From Phycisphaerae bacterium (lineage in GTDB: Bacteria > Planctomycetota > Phycisphaerae > FEN-1346), in assembly GCA_046483505.1 (NCBI GenBank), contig JAWODB010000123.1, positions 8,371 through 72,370 of the forward strand: DNA of 64,000 bases. The letters are read 5' to 3'. A program made the position numbers and the translations under genes. A model generated the notes under the pieces. That model was given only the letters and a program-made list of their open reading frames with translations, searched no databases and had not been told where the DNA came from. This document shows positions 1 through 8,959 of the stretch, piece after piece. Position 1 is the stretch's first letter, and each line of letters opens with the position of its first letter.

Positions 1-539
1 ATCACGTGCTTGCGGGTGTTGTCCAGGGCGTGGAAGAACCGGTTGACGTCGATCCGATCCTTCTCCTCGATGTCGTTGGGGAAGACGTTGATCGTGAAGA
101 GGTGGACGTTCTCGAGCGTCTCGACGAGCCGCGCGTTCAGGATGACGTCCATGGTGCGCGAGGGCCGGCGCTCGCCCGTCTCGGGGTCGAGCACGTAGAT
201 GGCCGTGCCGCCCGTTCCGTAGTGGACGCGGCTGCCTTCGAGGTGACAGTCGAACTCGCCGTCGCGGGAGTGGAGCGTGACGGACGAGGGGTTGGAGTCG
301 ACGGCGTCCTCGACCATGCTGCGGGGCAGGCGGACGATGCGGGTCTCGTCGTCGCCCTCGCCGCCCGCCTCGGTCAGCGCGCGGTAGGCGGTATCGGAGT
401 AGGCGGCGACGCCGGCCTTCTCGAGGATCTCGAGGGCGGCGTCGGCCAGGCGCGCGGCGTCGGCCTCGCTCAGCGGACGGTAGAGCGTGGACGGCAGCCC
501 GGGCTGCTGGTGGATCGGTCGCTCGGATGGCTGGGCCAT
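1..539 (-). CDS. MttB-superfamily (trimethylamine/glycine-betaine-type) corrinoid-dependent methyltransferase, N-terminal 179 aa; gene continues past window start
   Basis: Hand translation from ATG (plus-strand 'cat' at 537-539) gives MAQPSERPIHQQPGLPSTLYRPLSEADAARLADAALEILEKAGV...GTGGTAIYVLDPETGERR..., with no stops to position 1 and high GC3. The N-terminal pattern resembles MttB/MtgB family proteins. Confidence 0.45.
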   Translation of the reverse strand, partial: MAQPSERPIHQQPGLPSTLYRPLSEADAARLADAALEILEKAGVAAYSDTAYRALTEAGGEGDDETRIVRLPRSMVEDAVDSNPSSVTLHSRDGEFDCHLEGSRVHYGTGGTAIYVLDPETGERRPSRTMDVILNARLVETLENVHLFTINVFPNDIEEKDRIDVNRFFHALDNTRKHV

Positions 540-558
540 GGTCGGTCCTCATGCGTGG

Positions 559-1149
559 TCACGGTGTCGTCTCGTCCGTCTCATTGCCCGCCGGCGCCGC
601 CCCGGCGGGGGGCTCCCCGAAAAACGAGCGGGTCTGTTCGGGCGTCCTGTCCATGGGGCCGGGCGTCAGCATCGGCGCCGCCTCGATCCCGTCGGCCTCC
701 ATCATGGCCACGATGCGCTGAAGCGACGACAGGATCTGCGTCTGCTGCCAGTCCGGCAGCCCTGCGAACGCCTCCAGAAAGTTCTCGTGCAGCAGCGGCG
801 GCGACTGGCCCAGCGCGTCCCGGCCGTCCTCGGTCAGCCAGACGTGGACCTTCCGCTTGTCGGCCTCGCCGCGGCGGCGTTCGATCAGACCCCGCCGCTG
901 AAGCCGGTCCAGGATGCCCGTCACGGTGGCCTGGCTCAGGTGGACGGCCCGGGTCAACTCGCCGATGCTGCGGCCGCCGTCGGCGCCCAGTTCCTTGAGG
1001 ACGGCCAGTTGCGGCACGGTCAGGCCGTAGCGGCTGGCGAGCGAGTGTGAATGCAGTTCAATCGCCCGGCTGATGCGGCGCAGGGCCTGCATCACCGCCT
1101 CGGCAACGGCGAAACCGGACGCTCTCTGCTCGGTGGCACCTGAGGTCAT
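559..1149 (-). CDS. MarR-family transcriptional regulator
   Basis: 196-aa ORF with a winged-helix region (LTVPQLAVLKELGADGGRSIGELTRAVHLSQATVTGILDRLQRRGLIERRR) typical of MarR. It ends 20 bp upstream of the MttB-like start. Confidence 0.8.
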   Translation of the reverse strand: MTSGATEQRASGFAVAEAVMQALRRISRAIELHSHSLASRYGLTVPQLAVLKELGADGGRSIGELTRAVHLSQATVTGILDRLQRRGLIERRRGEADKRKVHVWLTEDGRDALGQSPPLLHENFLEAFAGLPDWQQTQILSSLQRIVAMMEADGIEAAPMLTPGPMDRTPEQTRSFFGEPPAGAAPAGNETDETTP

Positions 1150-1324
1150 AGACCCGGATTATATCGGATGCGAAAGGAATTTCCACTGAAAAATCCTCCG
1201 CGCCGGCACGTCGGCGTGAGAAACCGCTCCCTGGGCGCGTCCAGGCCGGTTTCGGGCATAATGCGGGCTAAGACGGTGTTTCGGATGCGTTAAAACTTGG
1301 GCGGCCGAAGACGCCACCCCTGGG

Positions 1325-2797
1325 CTAGGCCGAGGCCGCAGACTGCTTCTCCCGGCGCGCGCGGGCCGCCTCGCGCTCCGCGGGCAGGGGCGGCAGGTGC
1401 GGCACGTGGTCCGCCCACGCCCGGGCCGTCGCGTCGATGTGGCGGGCAATCCGGCCGTCGAGGTAGCCGTCGGCCATGTTCTTGGCCGGCCGGCACTCCG
1501 GCTGCCGGGCCACGCGCCGGAACGCCTCGGGATGGTCCACGAGCAGGCACGGGCGGGCGCGGTCCGTAATCTTCTTCTGCTCCTCACGGAAGCCGACGAA
1601 CACCGGATGCCGCTGCACGAAATCGTTCAGGCTGGCGTAGTCGCTCCGCCCGTCGATGATGTCGAAGATGTTGCCGCAGGCCACCGGCGAGAAGACGCAC
1701 GGGCTGATGTCTCCGTTCGCGTAGATATGGAAATAATATTTCCCGCCGGCGATGCAGCCGCCGACCAGGGGTCCGTCGTTCCAGAAGTCGCCGAGGAAGA
1801 TGGGCCGGTCCTCCTCGCGCCAGCGGTAGATCGTCTCGCGCAGCAGGGCCCGCTGTTCGGGAGTGACCATGAGGTCGACGCGCGGCGAGCGGCCGATCGG
1901 CATCATCAGGAAGAACCAGCCGAACATGTCGCCCTCGTCGATGCGCATCTCGATGAAGCCGTCGGAGCAGATCGATTCGCAGTTCTCACGCGTGACCGTG
2001 GCGGAGAATCCACACATGACGCCGCGCTCGGCGAGCAGCCGGCGGGCCCGGCGATCCTTGTCGTAGATGCCGCGGCCGCGACGGGCGTCCGTCTCGTGCT
2101 CGAACCCTTCCACACTGATGGCCGGGAAGACGTTGCCGACCCGCGCCAGGCGGTCGGCGATGTCCTCGTCGATGAGCGTCCCGTTCGTGTAGACGAGAAA
2201 GCCGCGGTCGGGGAACCGCTCGGCCAGGCGCGTGAGGGTGCGGTCGGCCTTCTCGCGGAGGAACGGTTCGCCGCCCGAGATCGTCACGAGCGTCACGCCC
2301 ATGTCGATGACCTGCTCGACGATGCTCTCCATCTGCTCGTACGGGATGTCGCACCCGTCGCGCGTGCTCTTGGCGTAGCAGCCGGGGCAGTTGAGGTTGC
2401 AGCGGTCGGTGGGCTCGATGACGACGGTGCAGGGGGTGGCGGCGCCTTCGGTGTACGCCTCGGTCCGGCGATAGACGTCCAGGCTCCATGCGGCGATGAA
2501 CCGGAGGATGGCCCGCGCCGCCACCGGCCGCTCCCGGAGCAGGCGGTCGAGGAACGACTGCAGATGCCGGGCGAACCACCGGTCGTGCATCAGTTTCTCG
2601 TGGTCGTCCTCGCATTCGGTGTGCGACTCGTCCAGGCGTTCCAGGAGCCGGTTCAGGAAGAAGTCGCGGACGGGCGGCACCTGGAGCCCCAGGTCCGCGC
2701 CCTTGACGGCCGCACTCATCGCCAGGTACGCCAACCGTTCGCGGAAGTTTCGGGACGTGACATCCATCGCCATCTCCCCCTTGAAACTGGGCGTCAC
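1325..2797 (-). CDS. Radical SAM enzyme with HpnH-like core and a Cys-rich C-terminal auxiliary (SPASM-like) region
   Basis: CNLNCPGCY (CxxxCxxC) followed by the SAM-binding motif VTISGGEPFL; the core resembles the HpnH subfamily. The C-terminal cluster is GGCIAGG...SPCVFSPVACGN. Start is GTG at 2797 (in-frame ATG at 2773). It lies 3 nt downstream of the B12-rSAM stop. Confidence 0.75.
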   Translation of the reverse strand: MTPSFKGEMAMDVTSRNFRERLAYLAMSAAVKGADLGLQVPPVRDFFLNRLLERLDESHTECEDDHEKLMHDRWFARHLQSFLDRLLRERPVAARAILRFIAAWSLDVYRRTEAYTEGAATPCTVVIEPTDRCNLNCPGCYAKSTRDGCDIPYEQMESIVEQVIDMGVTLVTISGGEPFLREKADRTLTRLAERFPDRGFLVYTNGTLIDEDIADRLARVGNVFPAISVEGFEHETDARRGRGIYDKDRRARRLLAERGVMCGFSATVTRENCESICSDGFIEMRIDEGDMFGWFFLMMPIGRSPRVDLMVTPEQRALLRETIYRWREEDRPIFLGDFWNDGPLVGGCIAGGKYYFHIYANGDISPCVFSPVACGNIFDIIDGRSDYASLNDFVQRHPVFVGFREEQKKITDRARPCLLVDHPEAFRRVARQPECRPAKNMADGYLDGRIARHIDATARAWADHVPHLPPLPAEREAARARREKQSAASA

Positions 2798-2800
2798 GGA

Positions 2801-4267
2801 TCAGGATTCAGCGGGCTGGAGCGTCCTCTCGCGGAAGGTCTCCAGGTACGCCGCCGTCTCCTCCTTCCATGCCTTGATGGTGTTGCGGGCGATTCGGGCG
2901 TTCTTCCAGAGCAGGGCGAGTTTGTCGCCCATGCCGATCCTCTGCTCAAAGTACTTGCGCAGCCGATGCACGCTCACCCCGCTCCAGCGGTAGAACTGCC
3001 GGTGCGCATCGAGCAGCACCTGCTGGAGCCGCTCGATGCCCAGCCGCCCGTGATTGTACACGCAGTGCGTCCCGTCGTAGTAGTCCCAGTCGGCGGGGAA
3101 CTGCGTGAAGGTCAGGTGCGGCCGGAACTGTTCCATCAGCGGCGTGCCGGGAAACGGCGTCAGCACGCTGATCTGGAGCGTCTCGAGGCGGCTCCGATGG
3201 GCGAAGCGGACGATCTGGTCGGCCGTCCGCTCCGTGTGCTGCGGCCCCAGGACAAACATCCCGTGAATCCAGAACCCGTTGTTGTGGAGGATGTGCGTGT
3301 CTTCCATCAGGCGCGTCGTCAGCGCCCCCTCGCCCTGGTACCCCTTGTGCCACTGCTTGGCCGTCTCGTCGTCGATGGTCTCGTAGCCGATGTAGAAGAC
3401 GTCGCCGCCCGCGCGGCGCATGGCGCGGAGGAGTTCGTCGTCGCGGCGGCGGCGATGGCGGTCCTTCCAGTGGAAATCGACCCGCACCTGGGCGTTGAAC
3501 CGCAGGTCCATCGGCCGGAGCCGCTCGAGCAGGTCGCGGCTCCAGGCCCGGTCCGTCGTGAAGTTGTCGTCGTAGAAGAACATCCGCTGGAAGCCGCGGG
3601 CGGCGTACTGCTGAATGTCGGCGTGGACCTTGTCCACCGACTGCCGCCGCACCCGCCGGCCGAACATCCGCGTCACGGTGCAGTACTCGCACCCGAACGG
3701 GCACCCGCGGGAGGTCATGACGGGCAGTTCGTAGTACTCGCGTCGGCGGCACTCGGCCAGCAGCGACTCGAACCCGTGCATGAGCCCGTGGTTGAGCGTC
3801 GGCAGCGTATCCAGATCTTCCACCGGGTCGCCGCGAACCACGCCCCGCCGGATGCGGCCGGCGGCGATGTCCTCGATGACCGACTCCGCCTCGCCCTGGA
3901 CGACCACGTCGCCGTGCTGCCGGGCCTCCTCCGGGCGGAAGGTCGCGTGGACCCCGCCGAACGCCAGCGTCACGGCCGGGCACCGCTCACGGATGGCGTC
4001 GGCGATCTGGTACCCCCGGTTGGCCGTCGGCGTCATGATGCTGATGCCCACGACGTCGGCCTCGCAGAGGTCCTCCATGATCTCCGGGTCCTCCAGAACC
4101 GGCCCGGAGAGGTTCTCGTTGTAGACCGCCACGTCGTAGCCGCGCTGCTCCAGCAGCGAGGCCAGCGTGATGGGGCCGAGCAGCGGCCACTTGCGAATCC
4201 AGGCATTGAACGGCCGTCCCGGCCGCCCGCTCGGCTCGATGAACCGGATCGTTCGCGTCTTCGACAT
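2801..4267 (-). CDS. Cobalamin(B12)-binding radical SAM protein (class B rSAM)
   Basis: N-terminal B12-binding fold (DVVGISIMTPTANRGYQIADAIRER...VTLAFGGVHATF) followed by a radical SAM core (MTSRGCPFGCEYCTV). ATG at 4267; 488 aa. Confidence 0.8.
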   Translation of the reverse strand: MSKTRTIRFIEPSGRPGRPFNAWIRKWPLLGPITLASLLEQRGYDVAVYNENLSGPVLEDPEIMEDLCEADVVGISIMTPTANRGYQIADAIRERCPAVTLAFGGVHATFRPEEARQHGDVVVQGEAESVIEDIAAGRIRRGVVRGDPVEDLDTLPTLNHGLMHGFESLLAECRRREYYELPVMTSRGCPFGCEYCTVTRMFGRRVRRQSVDKVHADIQQYAARGFQRMFFYDDNFTTDRAWSRDLLERLRPMDLRFNAQVRVDFHWKDRHRRRRDDELLRAMRRAGGDVFYIGYETIDDETAKQWHKGYQGEGALTTRLMEDTHILHNNGFWIHGMFVLGPQHTERTADQIVRFAHRSRLETLQISVLTPFPGTPLMEQFRPHLTFTQFPADWDYYDGTHCVYNHGRLGIERLQQVLLDAHRQFYRWSGVSVHRLRKYFEQRIGMGDKLALLWKNARIARNTIKAWKEETAAYLETFRERTLQPAES

Positions 4268-4581
4268 AGGCCTTTTCTTCCCTTCTCACAGACCCTGGAC
4301 AGTGGAGGACCTGGCCATCCGCAGCGACCACCGGCGCAACGTACCCTCCGGGCGCGCGCTGCCCGCTGCGTCCGATACGACGCACCCGCTACGCACGTAC
4401 CATACCGCGCAGGCACAGGCCGATTCCACCCGAAACCAAGTTTCGCCCCCACACGCCGGGATACACGACGTGACGAGGGCAACCGTTGCAATGCGCGCGG
4501 GCCTGTGTTTCAATGGAGTCGGGCGGCCGGCTGCGCATGCGGTCCGGCCGGGAACGTGCGAACCCGAAAGGAGACACCCCG

Positions 4582-5703
4582 ATGGCCTCGCCTGCCCCGC
4601 GTACCCGCCGTCCGGCCGGCTTCGCCGGCCCGATCCTCCTGGCGCTCGGCGTCCTGCTGGCCGGCTGCGGCGAAGGGCCGGCCCCCGAACCGCCCGAAGG
4701 CGCGGAGCCGGCCGACGCCGAGACCGACCTCCTCCAGCCCACCATCGCCGTCAAACTCCCGGAGAAATACAACACGCCGGACGGCATGGCCCTGGCGCCG
4801 GACGGCACCATCGTCCTCTCGTGCCCGAACTTCAACGACCCCTCCCATCCCGCGGTGATGCTGCGGATCGACGAGAACGACCTGGTGAGCGAGATCATCG
4901 CCCTGCCCGTCCACCCCGAGACGAAACGCGTCGGGCCGCTCGGCGTGGCCATCGGGCCGGAAGGGCACCTGTACGTCGCCGACACCCAGGCCGACTGGGC
5001 CGAGACGCCGTCCTCCCGCCTCCTGCGCGTCGTCATGGAGAACGGCCAGGCCGTCCGCTGCGAGACGCTCGTCGAGGGGTTCGTCCAGTCCAACGCCGTC
5101 TCCATCCACGGCGGCCAGGTGTACGTGACGGAGACGAAACTGAAACCCGACGCCACGCCCCTCGTCAGCGGGGTGTACCGCTTCAAACTGGCGGACCTCG
5201 ATCCGGCCAATCCCGTCCAACTGAAGCCCGCCGGCGCCGACCCGCACCTCGTGACGACCTGCGAGACGCAGAATCCCGACCGGCGCATCGGCGCCAACGG
5301 CATGGGCTTCGACGCCGACGGCAACCTCTACTACTGCAACTTCGGCGACGCCGAGATCCTCAAAGTAACGTTTAACGCGAACGGCGAGGTCGCCTCGCAG
5401 ACCGTCTTCGCGAAGGGCGGCGGCATGACGTCGACCGACGGCATCAAGGTCGACCCCGACACCGGCGACATCTACGTGGCCGACTTCGACGGCAACGCCG
5501 TCCACCGCGTCGACGGTGAGACCGGCGAGGTCACGACGCTGGCCAGGAACGGCAACACGACCGGCGCCGGTGGCGAACTCGATACGCCCAGCGAGGTGTG
5601 CCTCCGCGGTCGGCGGCTGTACGTCTCGAACATCGATTTGCCGTTCCGCGATAACGAATACGACGCGCCTCACACGATCTCGGTCATCGAACTGCCGGAG
5701 TGA
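4582..5703 (+). CDS. SMP-30/gluconolactonase/LRE-like beta-propeller lipoprotein
   Basis: Start MASPAPRTRRPAGFAGPILLALGVLLAGCGEG has a lipobox LLAGC, with SD AAAGGAG 9 nt upstream. Repeated motifs of the type 'GPLGVAIGPEGHLYVAD', 'DADGNLYYCNF' and 'GDIYVADF' match the SGL/NHL-like propeller. Confidence 0.7.
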   Translation: MASPAPRTRRPAGFAGPILLALGVLLAGCGEGPAPEPPEGAEPADAETDLLQPTIAVKLPEKYNTPDGMALAPDGTIVLSCPNFNDPSHPAVMLRIDENDLVSEIIALPVHPETKRVGPLGVAIGPEGHLYVADTQADWAETPSSRLLRVVMENGQAVRCETLVEGFVQSNAVSIHGGQVYVTETKLKPDATPLVSGVYRFKLADLDPANPVQLKPAGADPHLVTTCETQNPDRRIGANGMGFDADGNLYYCNFGDAEILKVTFNANGEVASQTVFAKGGGMTSTDGIKVDPDTGDIYVADFDGNAVHRVDGETGEVTTLARNGNTTGAGGELDTPSEVCLRGRRLYVSNIDLPFRDNEYDAPHTISVIELPE

Positions 5704-5870
5704 ACTGACAACGAAATGGGCGCGGTGGGTCTCCGTACCCACCGCGCCGAACGAGAAAGCGAGTGCAGAAGCGAGAATCGCGCGGCGGGTGCGGAGACCC
5801 GCCGCGCCCGAGAGAAAATTCCCGCGCGGTGGGTCGCCCGACCCGCCGCGCCCAACGCCTGGATCAGTCC

Positions 5871-8783
5871 ATGAAACGCGCCGAACAAGCCGCGTTGGCA
5901 TGCGCCGTCCTGCTGCCCCTCCTCCTCCTGACGGCGGCGGGCGCCGGGCACACGGCGCATGACGACGCCGCCGTCATCACGGTCAAGGGCGACAAGCCGC
6001 TCCATGCCTCGACGCTGCGCGAGGGCGGCCGCATCAGCACCAACCGCGCGTACACCTTCACCCGCGTTCCGGAGGCGCTGCGCGGCCTCGCCTCGACGGT
6101 CAACCAGCACAAGAACCCCGCCACCCTGACGGTAACGGCCGAGACCGACGGGGCTGTGTACACCTGCTTCGGCGAGGGGGACGCCGGCGATGCGTCGTCT
6201 CAGCCCACGCCCGCCTCGCTGAACCTGGACGGCGCGTGGGCCGAGGCCGGTCGTATGGTCGCCGTCGTGGGCGGCCGGGCGTACGGCTGGACCATCTATC
6301 GCACGCGGATGAAGGCCGGCCAGGTGCTCACCGTCCCGCCGGGCAACCGGTGGGGGGCGGCCGTCCTGGCCCGCGAGATCCGCGGGCTGGACACGGTGGC
6401 GGCCCGTCCCGGCGAGGGGCCTCCCCTGCCGGCCGACCTGTCCGACGCCCACGCCGCCGAGCGGGAAGCGTGGGCGCGGCCGGACCTCGCCGACGAGGCC
6501 CGCCGTCGCTGGCACGAACTGGCGCGGCAACTCGGCGACCGCACGTGGTTCAAGCGGATTGCGGGCCAGGCGTACCATCCGGCGGCGCTCGTTCGCGACG
6601 GCGACCGCGACCCCGTGGACGTCCTGCTCCGCCGCACGACCGCCCTGCTCCGCCGCCTGCGCGAGATGCCGGAGGCGCCGGACCTTTCGGAAGCCGCGGA
6701 CGAACTCGCCGGCCTTCGACGGCGCGCCGCCAAGGTCGACCCGGCCAGGACCGCGGAACGCTACCGCCTGTTCCACGAGGCGATGCGCCTGAGGCGGCGC
6801 GTCGCCCTCGCCAATCCGCTGCTCGACGTCGACCGCATCCTGTTCGTCCAGCGGCACGACGCCGGCGGGCCGTTCCACATGTGCGACCAGTACTACGGGT
6901 GCAACGCCCGGCCGGGCGGCGGCCTGTTCGTCCTGGAGGACGCCTTCGGCGCCGAGCCGCACCTGCGCAACCTCCTGGCCGACGCCGCCGTCGAAAACGG
7001 CCGCCTGGAGGGCCGGCGGCTGGAGGGCGGCTCGTTCCTTTCCCCCGAACTCTCGTTCGACGGCCGGACCGTCTATTTCGCCTGGACCCAGGCCCAGGCC
7101 AAAAAGACCTATACGTGGACACCCGAGTGCTGCTACCACGTCTTCAAGGTGAACGCAGACGGGACCGGCCTGCGGCAACTCACCGACGGGCCGTGGGACG
7201 ACTTCGACCCGTGCGTCCTGCCGTCCGGGCGCGTCGCCTTCATCAGCCTCCGCCGCGGCGGGTATCTGCGGTGCGGCCGGCACTGCCCCACCTACACCCT
7301 GCACTCGATGGAGCCGGACGGCTCGGACATCGTCCCGCTCTCCTACCACGAGACGCACGAGTGGCACCCCAGCGTCGATCGCTTCGGCCGCATCGTCTAC
7401 ACGCGGTGGGACTACGTGGACCGCGACACGAACGTGGCCCATCATATCTGGACGTGTTATCCCGACGGCCGCGACCCCAGGTCGATGCACGGCAACTACC
7501 CGCTGGAGCGCGGCAGCCGGCCGTGGATGGAGATGACCATCCGGGCCGTGCCCGGCTCGCTCCGGTACATCGCCACGACGGGGGCCCACCACGGGCACGC
7601 GTTCGGGTCGCTCGTGCTGATCGACCAGTCGTACGAGGACGACCGCGCGATGTCGCAACTCTCGCGGCTGACGCCGGAGGTCCGTTTCCCGGAGGCCGAG
7701 GGCGACATCCGCCGGCACATGATCTTCGCCACCCCGTGGCCCCTCGCCGAGGACTTCTGGCTCTCGGCCTACGACCCGGCGGCGAAGCGGCACGGCCTTT
7801 ACCTGGCCGATGCGTTCGGCAACCGGACGCTTCTGTACCGCGATGCGTCGATTCCTTCCCTGAGCCCGATCCCGCTGGGCGCGCGGCCCCGGCCGCCCGT
7901 CATCCCGACCGAGACGACGCAGACGGTGCGGGGCCGGCGGAAGTTCGGCGAGCGCCGCGCCACCGTCGCCGTCATGGACATGTACGACAGCGATTTCCAG
8001 TGGCCGGAAGGTGCCAAGGTCGACCGCCTCCGCATCGTCCAACTGCTCCCCAAGAGCACGCCCCCGCCGGACAAGCCGCGCATCGGCGTCGCCCGCCAGT
8101 CCAGCGCCCGGGCGTCGCTCGGCACCGTGCCGGTCGAGGCGGACGGCAGCGTCCACTTCGAGGCCCCCGTGGGCGTGCCCATCTACTTCCAGGCGCTGGA
8201 CGAGCGGGGCATGGCCATCCAGTCGATGCGGTCCGTCACGTACGTGCACCCCGGCGAGCGACTCGTCTGCCAGGGCTGCCACGAGCCGAAACGGCGGCAG
8301 CGTCGGCCCGGCGGCCGCCTGCCCGTCGCGCTCAGGCGGGCGCCCTCCCCCATCCGGCCCGACCCGGACGGCGCCGACCCGTTCAACTACGTCCGCCTCG
8401 TCCAGCCCGTCCTCGATACGCACTGCGTGGCGTGCCACAAGGAGAAGAAGGCGGTGGACCTCACGGGCGAGCCCGGCGGCAAGTACGGGTGGACCCGTTC
8501 CTACGCCAACCTCGCGGAGGCGTTCGGGTTCTACTTCCACGTCTACAACGGCTCGATCAAGGCGGGCGTGCACGGCGGGAGCCGGACCGTGCCCGGCAAG
8601 TTCGGGGCGCGGGCGTCGCGGCTGCTCGAGTACCTCGGTCCGGCCCATTACGGCGTGGACCTGCCGCCGGAGGCCTTCCGGCGCGTCGCCCTGTGGCTGG
8701 ACCTGAACAGCGAGTTCTACGGCGCGTACGAGCAAACGGACGAGCAGGCGCGGGGCCAGGTGGTCGAGCCGAGCCTGGAGTGA
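5871..8783 (+). CDS. Large secreted protein with a TolB-like PD40 beta-propeller and C-terminal CxxCH haem-binding-like motifs (paralog of 35597-38419)
   Basis: Signal peptide MKRAEQAALACAVLLPLLLLTAAGAG. PD40-like repeats (GRTVYFAW..., DGTGLRQLTDGPWDDFDPCVLPSGRVAF, MEPDGSDIVPLSY). C-terminal CQGCHE and CVACHK. Collinear similarity to the protein encoded at 35597-38419. Confidence 0.65.
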   Translation: MKRAEQAALACAVLLPLLLLTAAGAGHTAHDDAAVITVKGDKPLHASTLREGGRISTNRAYTFTRVPEALRGLASTVNQHKNPATLTVTAETDGAVYTCFGEGDAGDASSQPTPASLNLDGAWAEAGRMVAVVGGRAYGWTIYRTRMKAGQVLTVPPGNRWGAAVLAREIRGLDTVAARPGEGPPLPADLSDAHAAEREAWARPDLADEARRRWHELARQLGDRTWFKRIAGQAYHPAALVRDGDRDPVDVLLRRTTALLRRLREMPEAPDLSEAADELAGLRRRAAKVDPARTAERYRLFHEAMRLRRRVALANPLLDVDRILFVQRHDAGGPFHMCDQYYGCNARPGGGLFVLEDAFGAEPHLRNLLADAAVENGRLEGRRLEGGSFLSPELSFDGRTVYFAWTQAQAKKTYTWTPECCYHVFKVNADGTGLRQLTDGPWDDFDPCVLPSGRVAFISLRRGGYLRCGRHCPTYTLHSMEPDGSDIVPLSYHETHEWHPSVDRFGRIVYTRWDYVDRDTNVAHHIWTCYPDGRDPRSMHGNYPLERGSRPWMEMTIRAVPGSLRYIATTGAHHGHAFGSLVLIDQSYEDDRAMSQLSRLTPEVRFPEAEGDIRRHMIFATPWPLAEDFWLSAYDPAAKRHGLYLADAFGNRTLLYRDASIPSLSPIPLGARPRPPVIPTETTQTVRGRRKFGERRATVAVMDMYDSDFQWPEGAKVDRLRIVQLLPKSTPPPDKPRIGVARQSSARASLGTVPVEADGSVHFEAPVGVPIYFQALDERGMAIQSMRSVTYVHPGERLVCQGCHEPKRRQRRPGGRLPVALRRAPSPIRPDPDGADPFNYVRLVQPVLDTHCVACHKEKKAVDLTGEPGGKYGWTRSYANLAEAFGFYFHVYNGSIKAGVHGGSRTVPGKFGARASRLLEYLGPAHYGVDLPPEAFRRVALWLDLNSEFYGAYEQTDEQARGQVVEPSLE

Positions 8784-8809
8784 GTCGCTGCGCTCCTCAC
8801 GCGGCAAGC

Positions 8810-8950
8810 CTCAAGCCGCAGGCTCCAAGCCAAAGACGGCGCCGTTCGAGCCGGCCGCGGAAGTGGCCGGTCATCTCCATCCGCATGGTACGCATCGCGC
8901 CGCCATCGTCGTTGTTCGGCTTGCGGCTTGCGGCTTGAGGCTTGCCGCTG
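8810..8950. terminator. Long inverted repeat between convergent genes, built from CAAGCC/GGCTTG motif repeats; likely bidirectional terminator or rut-like element
   Basis: Arm 1 is gcggcaagcctcaagccgcaggctccaagcc (8810-8838). Arm 2 is gttcggcttgcggcttgcggcttgaggcttgccgc (8916-8950); its reverse complement matches arm 1 over about 20 nt. Each mRNA strand carries the C-rich CAAGCC version in its 3' UTR. Confidence 0.4.
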
Positions 8951-8959
8951 GCAGCCGCC

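Noticed and set aside
6-998. Long GC-rich ORFs in the track (e.g. 6-998+, 1397-4858+, 5670-8807-, 6236-8938+, 16623-19790-, 19309-21051-, 55256-58738- N-terminal part, 35501-38731+).
   Set aside because: They are Arg/Ala/Gly/Pro-rich low-complexity translations that fully overlap, on the opposite strand or an alternate frame, genes with clear domain content. These are typical shadow ORFs in a ~70% GC genome.
4286-4513. 75-aa Cys-rich ORF (8 Cys; ...SCIPACGGETWFRVESACACAVWYVRSGCV...) on the minus strand immediately upstream of the B12-rSAM/rSAM pair. Considered as a RiPP-like precursor peptide.
   Set aside because: TTG start, no SD, and about a quarter of third-codon positions are A/T versus ~10% in neighbouring real genes. 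It also coincides with the promoter region of the plus-strand SGL gene. It cannot be excluded, but it is not supportable from sequence alone.
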